Translations under genes and position numbers: made by a program
Assembly: GCA_041593595.1 (NCBI GenBank)
Contig: JBFHNV010000005.1
Span: 1,539 to 65,538, forward strand
Direction: 5' to 3'
DNA: 64,000 nt
From: Gammaproteobacteria bacterium
GTDB lineage: Bacteria; Pseudomonadota; Gammaproteobacteria; HK1
The notes under the pieces: generated by a model
Databases searched by the model: none
Told to the model about the DNA's origin: nothing
Seen by the model: only the letters and a program-made list of their open reading frames with translations
In this document: in pieces, positions 56,467 through 64,000 of the stretch
Numbering within the stretch: the stretch's first letter is position 1
Layout: every line of letters starts with the position of its first letter

Positions 56467-58104
56467 TCACATCTTGGACTTGTCCAGCCAGACCACGTCC
56501 AGCTGCTGGTTCAGGTAGTGGCTGGGCGAGATCTTCCAGCCGCGCACGTAGGAGCGGTGCGGCACGATGCGGTACCACCACAGGGTGACGAACTGGGTCG
56601 CCTCGTCGTCCAGCACGCGCTTCTCGAACTGGCGCATGATCTCGCGCTGCTTCGCGAAGTCGGGCTCGCGGTTCATCTTGTCGAACAGCTCCTCGATCTG
56701 CTTGTCGTCGAAGCCCGCGTAGTTGTCGCCCGCGCTGCCCACGAACTTGGACACGTCCGACAGCGGGTTCACCAGTGACTGGCAGTTGAAGTCGATGGTG
56801 ACGTCGAACTCGCGCTTCTTGCGCAGCTGGTCGTAGAACGGGCCGGTGGGCAGAACCTTCTGCTCCACCTTCATGCCCGCCTTCGCCCACTGGTCGATGA
56901 GCCAGGTGCCCACGATCTTGTAGGGCTGGTCCACGCCGCGGTTGTTGAGCGTGAAGGCGAGGTTCGGGTGACCTGCTTCCTGGAGGAGCTTGCGCGCCTC
57001 GGCGCGGGACTTCTCGATGTCGGTGCCGTAGCCGGCGATCTGCGCGAGCTCCTCCTTGGTCGCCGCCAGCGGGTGGTGGGGGAACACCACGCCGCCCACG
57101 GTCTTCACGATGGCGATCCGCGACAGCGGCTCGCTGCCGCCCCAGCGGTCGATGGCCAGCGTCAGCGCGCGGCGCACGCGCACGTCGTCGAACGGCGGCT
57201 TCTTGTGGTTCGGCGTCACCAGCAGCACGCAGTTCCAGTCGCTCTCCTGCACGGTGATCTTGTCACCCAGGGACTCCACCAGCGTGTCGCGCGACGTGGG
57301 CGGCAGGCCGCGGAACTCCATCGCCGCACGATTGCCGCGGATGGCCTGGATGCGCACCGCCTCCTTGGGCGCCTGGATGGCCTTGTAGCCGTCCATGTAG
57401 GGCAGCGGCTTGCCGTCGGCGCCCACGTGGTGATAGCTGGGGTTGCGCTTCGCCTCGGTGAACGACCCGGGCTGCTGCTGCACGAACACGAACGGCCCGC
57501 TGCCGTTGACGTTCTTCGTGTGCCACTCGTAGCCGTGGGCGTCCAGGTCCTTCTTGCTGTAGATGGCGTTGAACGGTGTGGCCAGCGCCGGCAGGAACGC
57601 ACCCGACGGGTACTTGAGCTTGAACACCACGGTGGTGGCGTCCGGCGAGGCGATGGACTCCACCATGTTCATCTGCGCCTTGCGTGCGCTGGGCACGCCC
57701 TCGGGCGGGAAGACGATCTTGTCGAAGGTGGCCTTGACGTCGGCCGCGGTGAGCGGCGTGCCGTCGTGGAACTTCACGTCCTGGCGGATCTTGAAAGAAT
57801 AGGTGGTGCCGCCGTCGGTGGGCTCGGGTATGCCGCCCTCGCACACGTCGCACACGAAGTCGTCCGACGCGCTCGGGTTGTCCGGGTTGATGCGGATGAG
57901 CAGGCTGTAGAAGGGCGCTACCGGATGGATCACGCCGAATGTGGTCTCGCGATGGAGGTCGTAGGACGGCACCTCGCTCGCCACCATGAAGGTGAAGGTG
58001 CCGCCACGCTGCGGCGTGTCCTGGGCGAGCGCCTGCGGCGCGAGGGCCGTTGCGATGCTGCCGGCGAGCACGGCGCTGGTGAGCGACCGCATGGTTACGT
58101 TCAT
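56467..58104 (-). CDS. ABC-transporter family-5 (peptide/nickel/opine type) periplasmic substrate-binding protein
   Basis: Has a signal peptide (MRSLTSAVLAGSIATALAPQALAQ) and contains RGGTFTFMVASEVPSYD...LIRINPDN...FKIRQDVKFHDGTPLTAADV. No permease or ATPase genes are adjacent. Confidence 0.8.
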   Translation of the reverse strand: MNVTMRSLTSAVLAGSIATALAPQALAQDTPQRGGTFTFMVASEVPSYDLHRETTFGVIHPVAPFYSLLIRINPDNPSASDDFVCDVCEGGIPEPTDGGTTYSFKIRQDVKFHDGTPLTAADVKATFDKIVFPPEGVPSARKAQMNMVESIASPDATTVVFKLKYPSGAFLPALATPFNAIYSKKDLDAHGYEWHTKNVNGSGPFVFVQQQPGSFTEAKRNPSYHHVGADGKPLPYMDGYKAIQAPKEAVRIQAIRGNRAAMEFRGLPPTSRDTLVESLGDKITVQESDWNCVLLVTPNHKKPPFDDVRVRRALTLAIDRWGGSEPLSRIAIVKTVGGVVFPHHPLAATKEELAQIAGYGTDIEKSRAEARKLLQEAGHPNLAFTLNNRGVDQPYKIVGTWLIDQWAKAGMKVEQKVLPTGPFYDQLRKKREFDVTIDFNCQSLVNPLSDVSKFVGSAGDNYAGFDDKQIEELFDKMNREPDFAKQREIMRQFEKRVLDDEATQFVTLWWYRIVPHRSYVRGWKISPSHYLNQQLDVVWLDKSKM

Positions 58105-58623
58105 CTAGTCGTTATCTCCGGGATACTGGAAGGCCGTACCGCGACCCACGGCGGCTCTTGCCGGCGCGGCACAACGGCCACGCCGGCAGGAGCCGGTCCG
58201 GGTAGACGCACGTTCGAGTGACGAGTGGGCGCCCACCTCCGGCGCCGGACAGGTGGAGTGCCAGGGCGCGGGACGTGGGTGGCGCGAGGTCGCGCGTTCG
58301 ATCGAATGTGACGGGCGGGCCGCGCGGACAGCGCGACTTGTTGCGGGCCTCAGGGACCCGGCGGAGACCTGGAAGCGGACCTCTGGCCTTGGGGGTTGCG
58401 CGGTCCACACCGCGCCAGCCGACCTAAATTAGATCGAGCGCAACGGCCGCGCAAGAAGATTACGAAAATGTTGGCCGCACGACGGCGCGGTGGGCAGGTT
58501 GCGGGATGTGCGACGGGTGCGAATACTTGGCACACGGCGGGGTGCGAAGGGACTCGCCGCCGCAAGACCCGGGACAACCGGGCACCGGAGCGCGGGAGGC
58601 CTTCGGCGCTGGGGAGAGGACGC

Positions 58624-60504
58624 ATGGGGACCGGAGCCCGTGCCGCGGGAGCCTCCCTGTTACTCGGTATCGCCTACTACGCCGGCGCAGCCGGCGGAAT
58701 CGCCTTCACCAGTCTGCAGGCCGGGGTCGCGATCCCGTGGATCCCCAACGGCCTGCTGCTGGCCGCGCTGCTGCTGTGCCCCACGCGCTGGTGGCCCGGC
58801 CTGCTGGCCGCCGCGCTGGCGGCAGGACTGGCGGCGGACGTGCCCCGGTTCACCCTCGACCAGGCGATGGGGTTCGCGGCGGTCAACCTCTGCGAGTGCA
58901 GCGGCGCGGCGTGGGCCCTGCGCCGGCTGGCCGCGCCGGCTCGATTCCGCCTCGACAGCATCCGCAGTGTGTTGCATCTGATCCTCCTCGGTCCCGTCGT
59001 GGCCGCCGGCCTGGCGGCCCTCGTGGATGCGTGGGTCTCGCGGAGCGCGGACGGCGCCGTGGAGTCCTACCTGGTGCTCTGGGCGGTGTGGTGGCTCGGC
59101 GACGCGACGGGGATCCTGCTTGCCACGCCCCTGGTGCTGGTGTGGACCCAGGATCGCGCCCTGGTCGCCGCAGCGCTGCGCCGCTCGCCCCGCCGACCGG
59201 AGATGGCGGCAGTGATTGCGCTCATCCTCGCCTGCGGCTGGCTCGTGTTCGCGAACCCCTGGCCGGCGCCACTGGTGCCGCTCGCCGGCTACCTGATGCT
59301 GCCGGGAGTGCTGTGGGCCGCGCTTCGCTTCGACCTGCCCGGGGCCACGCTGGCCGCCGTCCTCGGCGCGATCTTTCTCGTTGCGGCCACCGTCTCGGGC
59401 ACCGGGCCCTTCGGCAGCCTGTCGCCGGTCGCGGCCATCACGCTCGCCCAGGAGAACGTGACGGTGCTGTGCCTCACCGGCCTGATGGTGGCGGCGGCGC
59501 TGCGCGAGGCCGACAACCAGCAGCGACAGCTGCACCTGTACCGTCGCGCCCTGGAGGCCGCCGGCGAGGGGATCACCATCGCCGACGCCAGCGCGGCGGA
59601 CCTGCCCCTGATCTACGCCAACGAGGCCTTCCTGCGCATCACGGGCTATCCCCGCGACGAGATCCTGGGCCGCAACTGCCGCTTCCTGCAGGGTGGCGAA
59701 CGCCGTCAGCCCGGGGTCTCGGCGCTGCGGTCCGCCATCGTCGCGGGACGGCCCGGGCGTGCCCTGCTGCGCAACTATCGCCGCGACGGGACACCGTTCT
59801 GGAACGAGGTGACCCTGGCGCCGGTGCACGGGCGGCGCGGAGGGATCACCCACGTCGTGGGCGTGCAGCACGACGTGACCGAGGTCGTTCAGGCGCGGGA
59901 GTCCCTGGAGGTGGCCAAGGCGGAGCTGGAGGCACGGGTGACCGAGCGCACCCGCGAGCTCGAGGAGGCCAACGCGCGGCTGGTCGCCCTGGCGGGCACC
60001 GACCCGCTCACCGGGACGATGAACCGCCGTCGCCTGGACGAGCGGGCGGCCGTCGAGATTGCACGTGCCGCGCGCACGGATCGCCCGCTGGCGGTGCTGC
60101 TGCTTGACATCGACCACTTCAAGGGCATCAACGACCGATTCGGACACGCGGCGGGGGATCACGCACTGGTGACGCTGACGCAGGTGATGCGTGCCACCCT
60201 GCGCGACATGGATGCCGTGGCCCGACTGGGTGGCGAGGAGTTCCTGGTGCTGCTGCCGGAGACCGGCGCCCACGACGCGCGGCTGGCGGCGGAGCGGCTG
60301 CGCGCGGCGGTGGCGGACGAGGTGATTCACCACGGCGGCGATGCCTTCTCCGTGACCGCCAGCGTCGGTGTCACCCGGTGGTACCCGGGCGAGGCGGATC
60401 TGGCGCGGGCCATCGTACGCGCCGACCGTGCCCTCTACCGTGCCAAGGTGGCCGGCCGCAATCGGGTCGCGGAGGAGGCGGCGGAGTCGGCATCCGGCGG
60501 CTGA
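58624..60504 (+). CDS. MASE1-LOV-GGDEF membrane diguanylate cyclase (putative blue-light sensor)
   Basis: The N-terminus is a multi-TM MASE1-like domain (LLLGIAYYAGAAGGIAFTSLQAGVAIPWIPNGLLLAALL...WWLGDATGILL). The LOV core reads GITIADASAADLPLIYANEAFLRITGYPRDEILGRNCRFLQG...LRNYRRDGTPFWNEV...GVQHDVTE. The GGDEF domain reads DPLTGTMNRR...RDMDAVARLGGEEFLVLLPE. ATG 58624 lies inside a longer track ORF. Confidence 0.8.
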   Translation: MGTGARAAGASLLLGIAYYAGAAGGIAFTSLQAGVAIPWIPNGLLLAALLLCPTRWWPGLLAAALAAGLAADVPRFTLDQAMGFAAVNLCECSGAAWALRRLAAPARFRLDSIRSVLHLILLGPVVAAGLAALVDAWVSRSADGAVESYLVLWAVWWLGDATGILLATPLVLVWTQDRALVAAALRRSPRRPEMAAVIALILACGWLVFANPWPAPLVPLAGYLMLPGVLWAALRFDLPGATLAAVLGAIFLVAATVSGTGPFGSLSPVAAITLAQENVTVLCLTGLMVAAALREADNQQRQLHLYRRALEAAGEGITIADASAADLPLIYANEAFLRITGYPRDEILGRNCRFLQGGERRQPGVSALRSAIVAGRPGRALLRNYRRDGTPFWNEVTLAPVHGRRGGITHVVGVQHDVTEVVQARESLEVAKAELEARVTERTRELEEANARLVALAGTDPLTGTMNRRRLDERAAVEIARAARTDRPLAVLLLDIDHFKGINDRFGHAAGDHALVTLTQVMRATLRDMDAVARLGGEEFLVLLPETGAHDARLAAERLRAAVADEVIHHGGDAFSVTASVGVTRWYPGEADLARAIVRADRALYRAKVAGRNRVAEEAAESASGG

Positions 60505-60523
60505 GCGCGCCGGTGCCCGCCGC

Positions 60524-63202
60524 TCACTTTCCCGCGAGGAAGCGCCGCTCGAACTCCTCCGGCGCGACGGCCGGGCTCACCAGGAAGCCCTGGAAGGCGT
60601 CGCAGCCGCGCTCGGCGAGGATGCGGCGCTGGGTTTCCGTCTCCACCCCCTCGGCGGTCACCTCCAGACCCAGACTGTGGGCCATGGAGATCACGGCGGT
60701 GGCGATCTGCAGGTCGGCGCCGTCGCCGGGGATGTCCATGACGAAGCCGCGGTCGATCTTGAGCCGGTCCACCGGAAAGCGCTTCAGGTGGGCGAGGGAC
60801 GAGTAACCGGTCCCGAAGTCGTCGATGGCCAGGCGCACCCCCAGCGCCTTCAGCTCGCGCAGGCACTGCCCGATGCCGCGGGCGCGGCGCATGACGCCGC
60901 TCTCGGTGATCTCGAGCTCGAGCAGCCCCGGGTCGATGGCGTGCTCGCGCAGCGTCGCACGCAGCGTGTCCACCAGCCCCGCGTGCTCCAGCTGGCGCGC
61001 GGAGACGTTCACCGCCAGCACCTCCATGGCGTGCCCGGCGTCGCGCCAGCGCGCGAGCCGGGCGCAGGCCTCGCGCAGCACCCATTCCCCCAGGGGCACG
61101 ATGAGGCCGGTGTCCTCGGCGACGGGTACGAAGCGCGCCGGGGACTCCGGGGCGCCCTCCTGCGGCGTCCAGCGCAGCAGCGCCTCGGCGCCCAGCACCC
61201 GCGCGCCGTCCATGCTCACGATGGGCTGGTAGTGCAGGGTGAGCGCGCTCTCCGCCACCGCGGCGCGAAGCCGCATCTCGAGCGCCAGACGCTCCTGGGC
61301 GGCCACGGTCAGCGCCTGGCTGTAGAAGCGGCAGGTGTGGCGCCCCTGATCCTTGGCCAGGTACATGGCCGCGTCGGCGTTGCGCACCAGCTCGCCTGCA
61401 TCGACGCCGTCGTCGGGGAACACGCTGATGCCGATGCTGGCACCCACGTGCACCCGCCGCCCGTTGCCGATCTCCAGGTCGCCGTCCAGCATCGCCAGCA
61501 GGCTGCGCGCGAGGCGCGCCGCGTCGTCGGCCTCCTCCACCGATTCCAGCACCACGAGGAACTCGTCGCCGCCCAGGCGGCCGATGCTGTCGCCCTGGCG
61601 CAGGCGCCGGGCGAGGCGCGCCGCGACCGCGCACAGCAGCTCGTCACCCGCGGCGTGACCGAAGCTGTCGTTGACGGCCTTGAAGCGGTCCAGATCCACG
61701 TACAGCACGGCTACCCGCCAGCGGTGGCGTGCGCCGCGGGACAGCGCGCGCTCCAGGTGCGACATGATCAGGCGGCGGTTCGGCAGGCCCGTCAGGGCAT
61801 CGAAGCTGGCCAGCCGCTCGGTCTCGGCCTGGGCCGCCTTGAGCTGCGAAATGTCGGTGTAAATCCCCACGCAGTGGGTCGTGCGACCCGCGGCGTCGCG
61901 CACGGCGTTCAGGGTGAGCCAGGTGGGCGCGGTGGTGCCGTCGCGGCGGCGGATCATCCGCTCACCCTGCCAGTACCCCTCGCGTCGGACGGCCGCGCGC
62001 AGCCCGTCCTCGGACAGGCCGCCGTCGTCTGGCGCGAGGATCATGTCCAGGGACCGGTCGAGAATCGCCGACGCCGGGTAGCCGGTTATCTCGGTGAAGG
62101 CGCGGTTCACGCTGAGCACGCGCCCGTCGAGGCCGGTGACGACGATGCCGTCGCGGGTGCTCTCCACCACCGCCGTGTGCAGCCGCTGCTCCTCCTCGGC
62201 GGCGAGGCGCTCGGTCACGTCGTGGGCGAGCACCAGCTTCGCGTCGTGACCGTCGAAGTCGACCCGATGCGAAGTGATCTCCACGTGGATGACGCGTCCG
62301 TCCTTGAGCCGGTGGCGCCAGAGGTCCGGTGGATCGAACCCCTCCGGCGCGGCGGCGACGTTGCGCTCCAGCAGCGGCACGTCCTCCGGTGGGCGGATGT
62401 CGCGCAAGGTCATGGCCAGGAACTCGTCGCGGGAGAACCCGTAGTAATCCACGGCAGCGTCGTTGACGGCCAGGAAGCGGAGCGTCGCGCGGTCGTACAC
62501 CCACATGGGATGCGGGTTGCTCTCGAACAGGGTGCGGTAGCGAGTGTCGCGCTCGCGCAGCGCGTCCTGCATGCTGCGGCGCTCAGCGAGTTCCCGGCGC
62601 ATCGCCTGGAAAAGCCGTGCGTTCTCCAGGGCGACGCCGAGCTGGTTCGCCACCACGCCCAGCACCGTCTCGTCGCGCTCGGTGAAGGCCTCCGGGTGGG
62701 CGCTCTCCACGTTGATGGCACCTACCGGACGCTCGCTGCCGGGGATGGGCACGCACAGCTCAGAGCGCACCCGAGAGTCGTGTTCCAGGTAGCGGGCATC
62801 CTCGTGCGTTTCCGACAGGCGCACGGCGCGGCCGTGGGTCATGACCCAGCGGATGACGCCGCCGGCACCGGGAGCACGCAGCAGCGCCGTGACTTCCTCC
62901 TTCACCCCGGGTCGCAGCGGCTCTCCGTCCAGGCCGTAGCGGGTATGTCCCAGGCAGCGCGGGCCGTCCGGGTCCTGCACCACCACCGACGCGGCGCGCC
63001 GCTCGCCGAACAGCTCCTCGATGGCGTCGGTCACCGCCTGGGCGATGGCACCCGGGTTCAGCCCGCGCAGGATGGAGCGGCTGGTGCGGTGGAGCAGCAG
63101 CAGGTCGCGGGCATCGAGCCGGGCGGCCTCGTCCATCTCGACGGCAGACGGCAGGCGTGGCGCGCCGTCCACGTTCTGCGATGGCGGAGGGCCTTCAGGC
63201 AT
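60524..63202 (-). CDS. GAF-PAS-PAS-GGDEF-EAL multidomain c-di-GMP turnover protein
   Basis: Has a GAF-like N-terminus (…GAINVESAHPEAFTERDETVLGVVANQLGVALENARLF), two PAS domains (NPHPMWVYD...; TRDGIVVTGLDGRVLSVNRAFTEITGY), an intact GGDEF with I-site (FDALTGLPNRR...RQGDSIGRLGGDEFLVVL) and an EAL domain (EALLRWTP...DDFGTGYSSLAHL...KIDRGF...EGVET...QGF). Confidence 0.85.
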   Translation of the reverse strand: MPEGPPPSQNVDGAPRLPSAVEMDEAARLDARDLLLLHRTSRSILRGLNPGAIAQAVTDAIEELFGERRAASVVVQDPDGPRCLGHTRYGLDGEPLRPGVKEEVTALLRAPGAGGVIRWVMTHGRAVRLSETHEDARYLEHDSRVRSELCVPIPGSERPVGAINVESAHPEAFTERDETVLGVVANQLGVALENARLFQAMRRELAERRSMQDALRERDTRYRTLFESNPHPMWVYDRATLRFLAVNDAAVDYYGFSRDEFLAMTLRDIRPPEDVPLLERNVAAAPEGFDPPDLWRHRLKDGRVIHVEITSHRVDFDGHDAKLVLAHDVTERLAAEEEQRLHTAVVESTRDGIVVTGLDGRVLSVNRAFTEITGYPASAILDRSLDMILAPDDGGLSEDGLRAAVRREGYWQGERMIRRRDGTTAPTWLTLNAVRDAAGRTTHCVGIYTDISQLKAAQAETERLASFDALTGLPNRRLIMSHLERALSRGARHRWRVAVLYVDLDRFKAVNDSFGHAAGDELLCAVAARLARRLRQGDSIGRLGGDEFLVVLESVEEADDAARLARSLLAMLDGDLEIGNGRRVHVGASIGISVFPDDGVDAGELVRNADAAMYLAKDQGRHTCRFYSQALTVAAQERLALEMRLRAAVAESALTLHYQPIVSMDGARVLGAEALLRWTPQEGAPESPARFVPVAEDTGLIVPLGEWVLREACARLARWRDAGHAMEVLAVNVSARQLEHAGLVDTLRATLREHAIDPGLLELEITESGVMRRARGIGQCLRELKALGVRLAIDDFGTGYSSLAHLKRFPVDRLKIDRGFVMDIPGDGADLQIATAVISMAHSLGLEVTAEGVETETQRRILAERGCDAFQGFLVSPAVAPEEFERRFLAGK

Positions 63203-63253
63203 CGGGCTGTCGTTCCCCGTGGCGTCGCCCCGCGGCCGGGAGGCCTCGGCCGT

Positions 63254-64000
63254 TCATTTCCGCACGTACTTGCTGAGGTCCATGCGCGCGCCGTCGATGC
63301 CCTCGCTGGTGCGCACCGCGGCGTTGAGGGCGTCGTACCAGGCCCAGAAGTCCGGGTCCTGGCGTGACGCTCCGAAACGGCCGAACAGGCTTGCGGCGCT
63401 GCTCTCGTCGTCACCCTGGCTGCCGGGGTAGCCCTGGAGCCGGGACACCAGTGCCGGCACCTCCGCCGCCAGGGCCCGGGCGATGAAGTTGGGGTAGCTG
63501 CCGGCCACCCCGCGCAGGACGCTCACCGAGTCCTCCTGCGGCAGGCGGCGCTGTTCCTCCACCACCATGAAGGCCACGTTGGCGTGGGCCTTGTTGCGGA
63601 TGAGCGCGTACAGGTCGTGCCCGCGGCCGGTGTCCACCAGGAGGTAGGTGAGATCCGGCAGCGCCGCGACGAAGGACCCGGAGCTCGACGCGAGGCGGCC
63701 GAGGCTGCGCGCCACCCCGGCGGCGTCCCCGACCGGTGCCGGCGCGGCGCTGGAACCGGATTCCGGACCGGGTTCCGGATCGGGCCGAGGGCGCTGCGCG
63801 GCGGCGCCCAGGCGCCTGACGGCCATCGCGATGAGCTCGCGCTTCGGATCCGTGCCGCGGAACGAAACGCGGGTCGGCCGGTCGAGGCCCCGCAACGGGT
63901 TCATGAGCTCCATCTTCGCCCCCGCGAGGGGTCCCCGGTACCAGTGCTCCCGCAGCGCCACGCGGGCGTCCCGCGGCAGGAAGCTCAGGAACAGGTCCTC
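63254..64000 (-). CDS. C-terminal part of a probable fatty-acid cis/trans isomerase (CTI family); the ORF continues past the window end
   Basis: The frame is open to nt 64000 (…EDLFLSFLPRDARVALREHWYRG…). Segments LYALIRNKAHANVAFM, GVAGSYPNFIA and the ending ...ARMDLSKYVRK resemble my recollection of Pseudomonas Cti. This is recognition from memory only. Confidence 0.45.
   Translation of the reverse strand, partial: EDLFLSFLPRDARVALREHWYRGPLAGAKMELMNPLRGLDRPTRVSFRGTDPKRELIAMAVRRLGAAAQRPRPDPEPGPESGSSAAPAPVGDAAGVARSLGRLASSSGSFVAALPDLTYLLVDTGRGHDLYALIRNKAHANVAFMVVEEQRRLPQEDSVSVLRGVAGSYPNFIARALAAEVPALVSRLQGYPGSQGDDESSAASLFGRFGASRQDPDFWAWYDALNAAVRTSEGIDGARMDLSKYVRK

Noticed and set aside
58105-58623. 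Looked for a riboswitch, tRNA-like element or RpoN promoter in the long SBP / LOV-GGDEF spacer. This included TGGCAC at 58525 and a GGTCGCGCGTTCGATCG T-arm-like string.
   Set aside because: I could recognise no B12-box or other riboswitch core. The TGGCAC lacks a -12 GC at the correct spacing. No cloverleaf can be drawn around the T-arm-like string. A covariance-model scan would be needed to exclude a structured RNA.

Overview
The window is about 70% GC, with GC3 above 90% in real genes, and looks like a chromosomal segment of a gammaproteobacterium. An Ectothiorhodospiraceae-like origin is only a guess, based on the HiPIP gene, the GC content and the polar-flagellum gene set. About 41 kb (nt ~5,400-46,400) is a nearly complete polar flagellar regulon. 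On the minus strand it carries motA-motB-pilZ and flgA-flgM-flgN. On the plus strand it carries flgBCDEFGHIJKL, fliC-flaG-fliD-fliS, a single FleQ-like sigma-54 activator, fliEFGHIJK, and fliLMNOPQR-flhBA-flhF-fleN-fliA. I could read a consistent promoter grammar directly from the sequence. There are five intergenic GGCAC-N5-TTGC (RpoN) matches in the correct orientation, plus one inside the 3' end of flhA. There are also four or five TAAA-N15/16-GCCGATAA-like (FliA) matches. The left flank holds tRNA-Gly(CCC), thiS-thiG, a pair made of an aspartate-less receiver and an MBL hydrolase, trmB, and a yrfG-like HAD gene. The right flank holds DUF2802, a TetR gene, two tandem EAL-HDOD genes, an orphan EncFtn-like ferritin, an MFS transporter, aceK, HiPIP, a second MFS transporter, an orphan family-5 SBP, a MASE1-LOV-GGDEF gene, a GAF-PAS-PAS-GGDEF-EAL gene, and a partial probable fatty-acid cis/trans isomerase. 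I found no CRISPR array, transposase, integrase or phage genes. The most unusual aspect is how tightly c-di-GMP components are wired into the flagellar cluster. There are seven c-di-GMP proteins in 64 kb. A GGDEF/EAL pair sits between fliS and an N-terminally truncated FleQ-like activator, and a PilZ gene is translationally coupled to motB. The window contains no che genes and no fleS/fleR. Many long ORFs in the track are antisense or out-of-frame artefacts of the high GC content and were rejected. All family assignments rest on motif recognition by eye; no searches were run.
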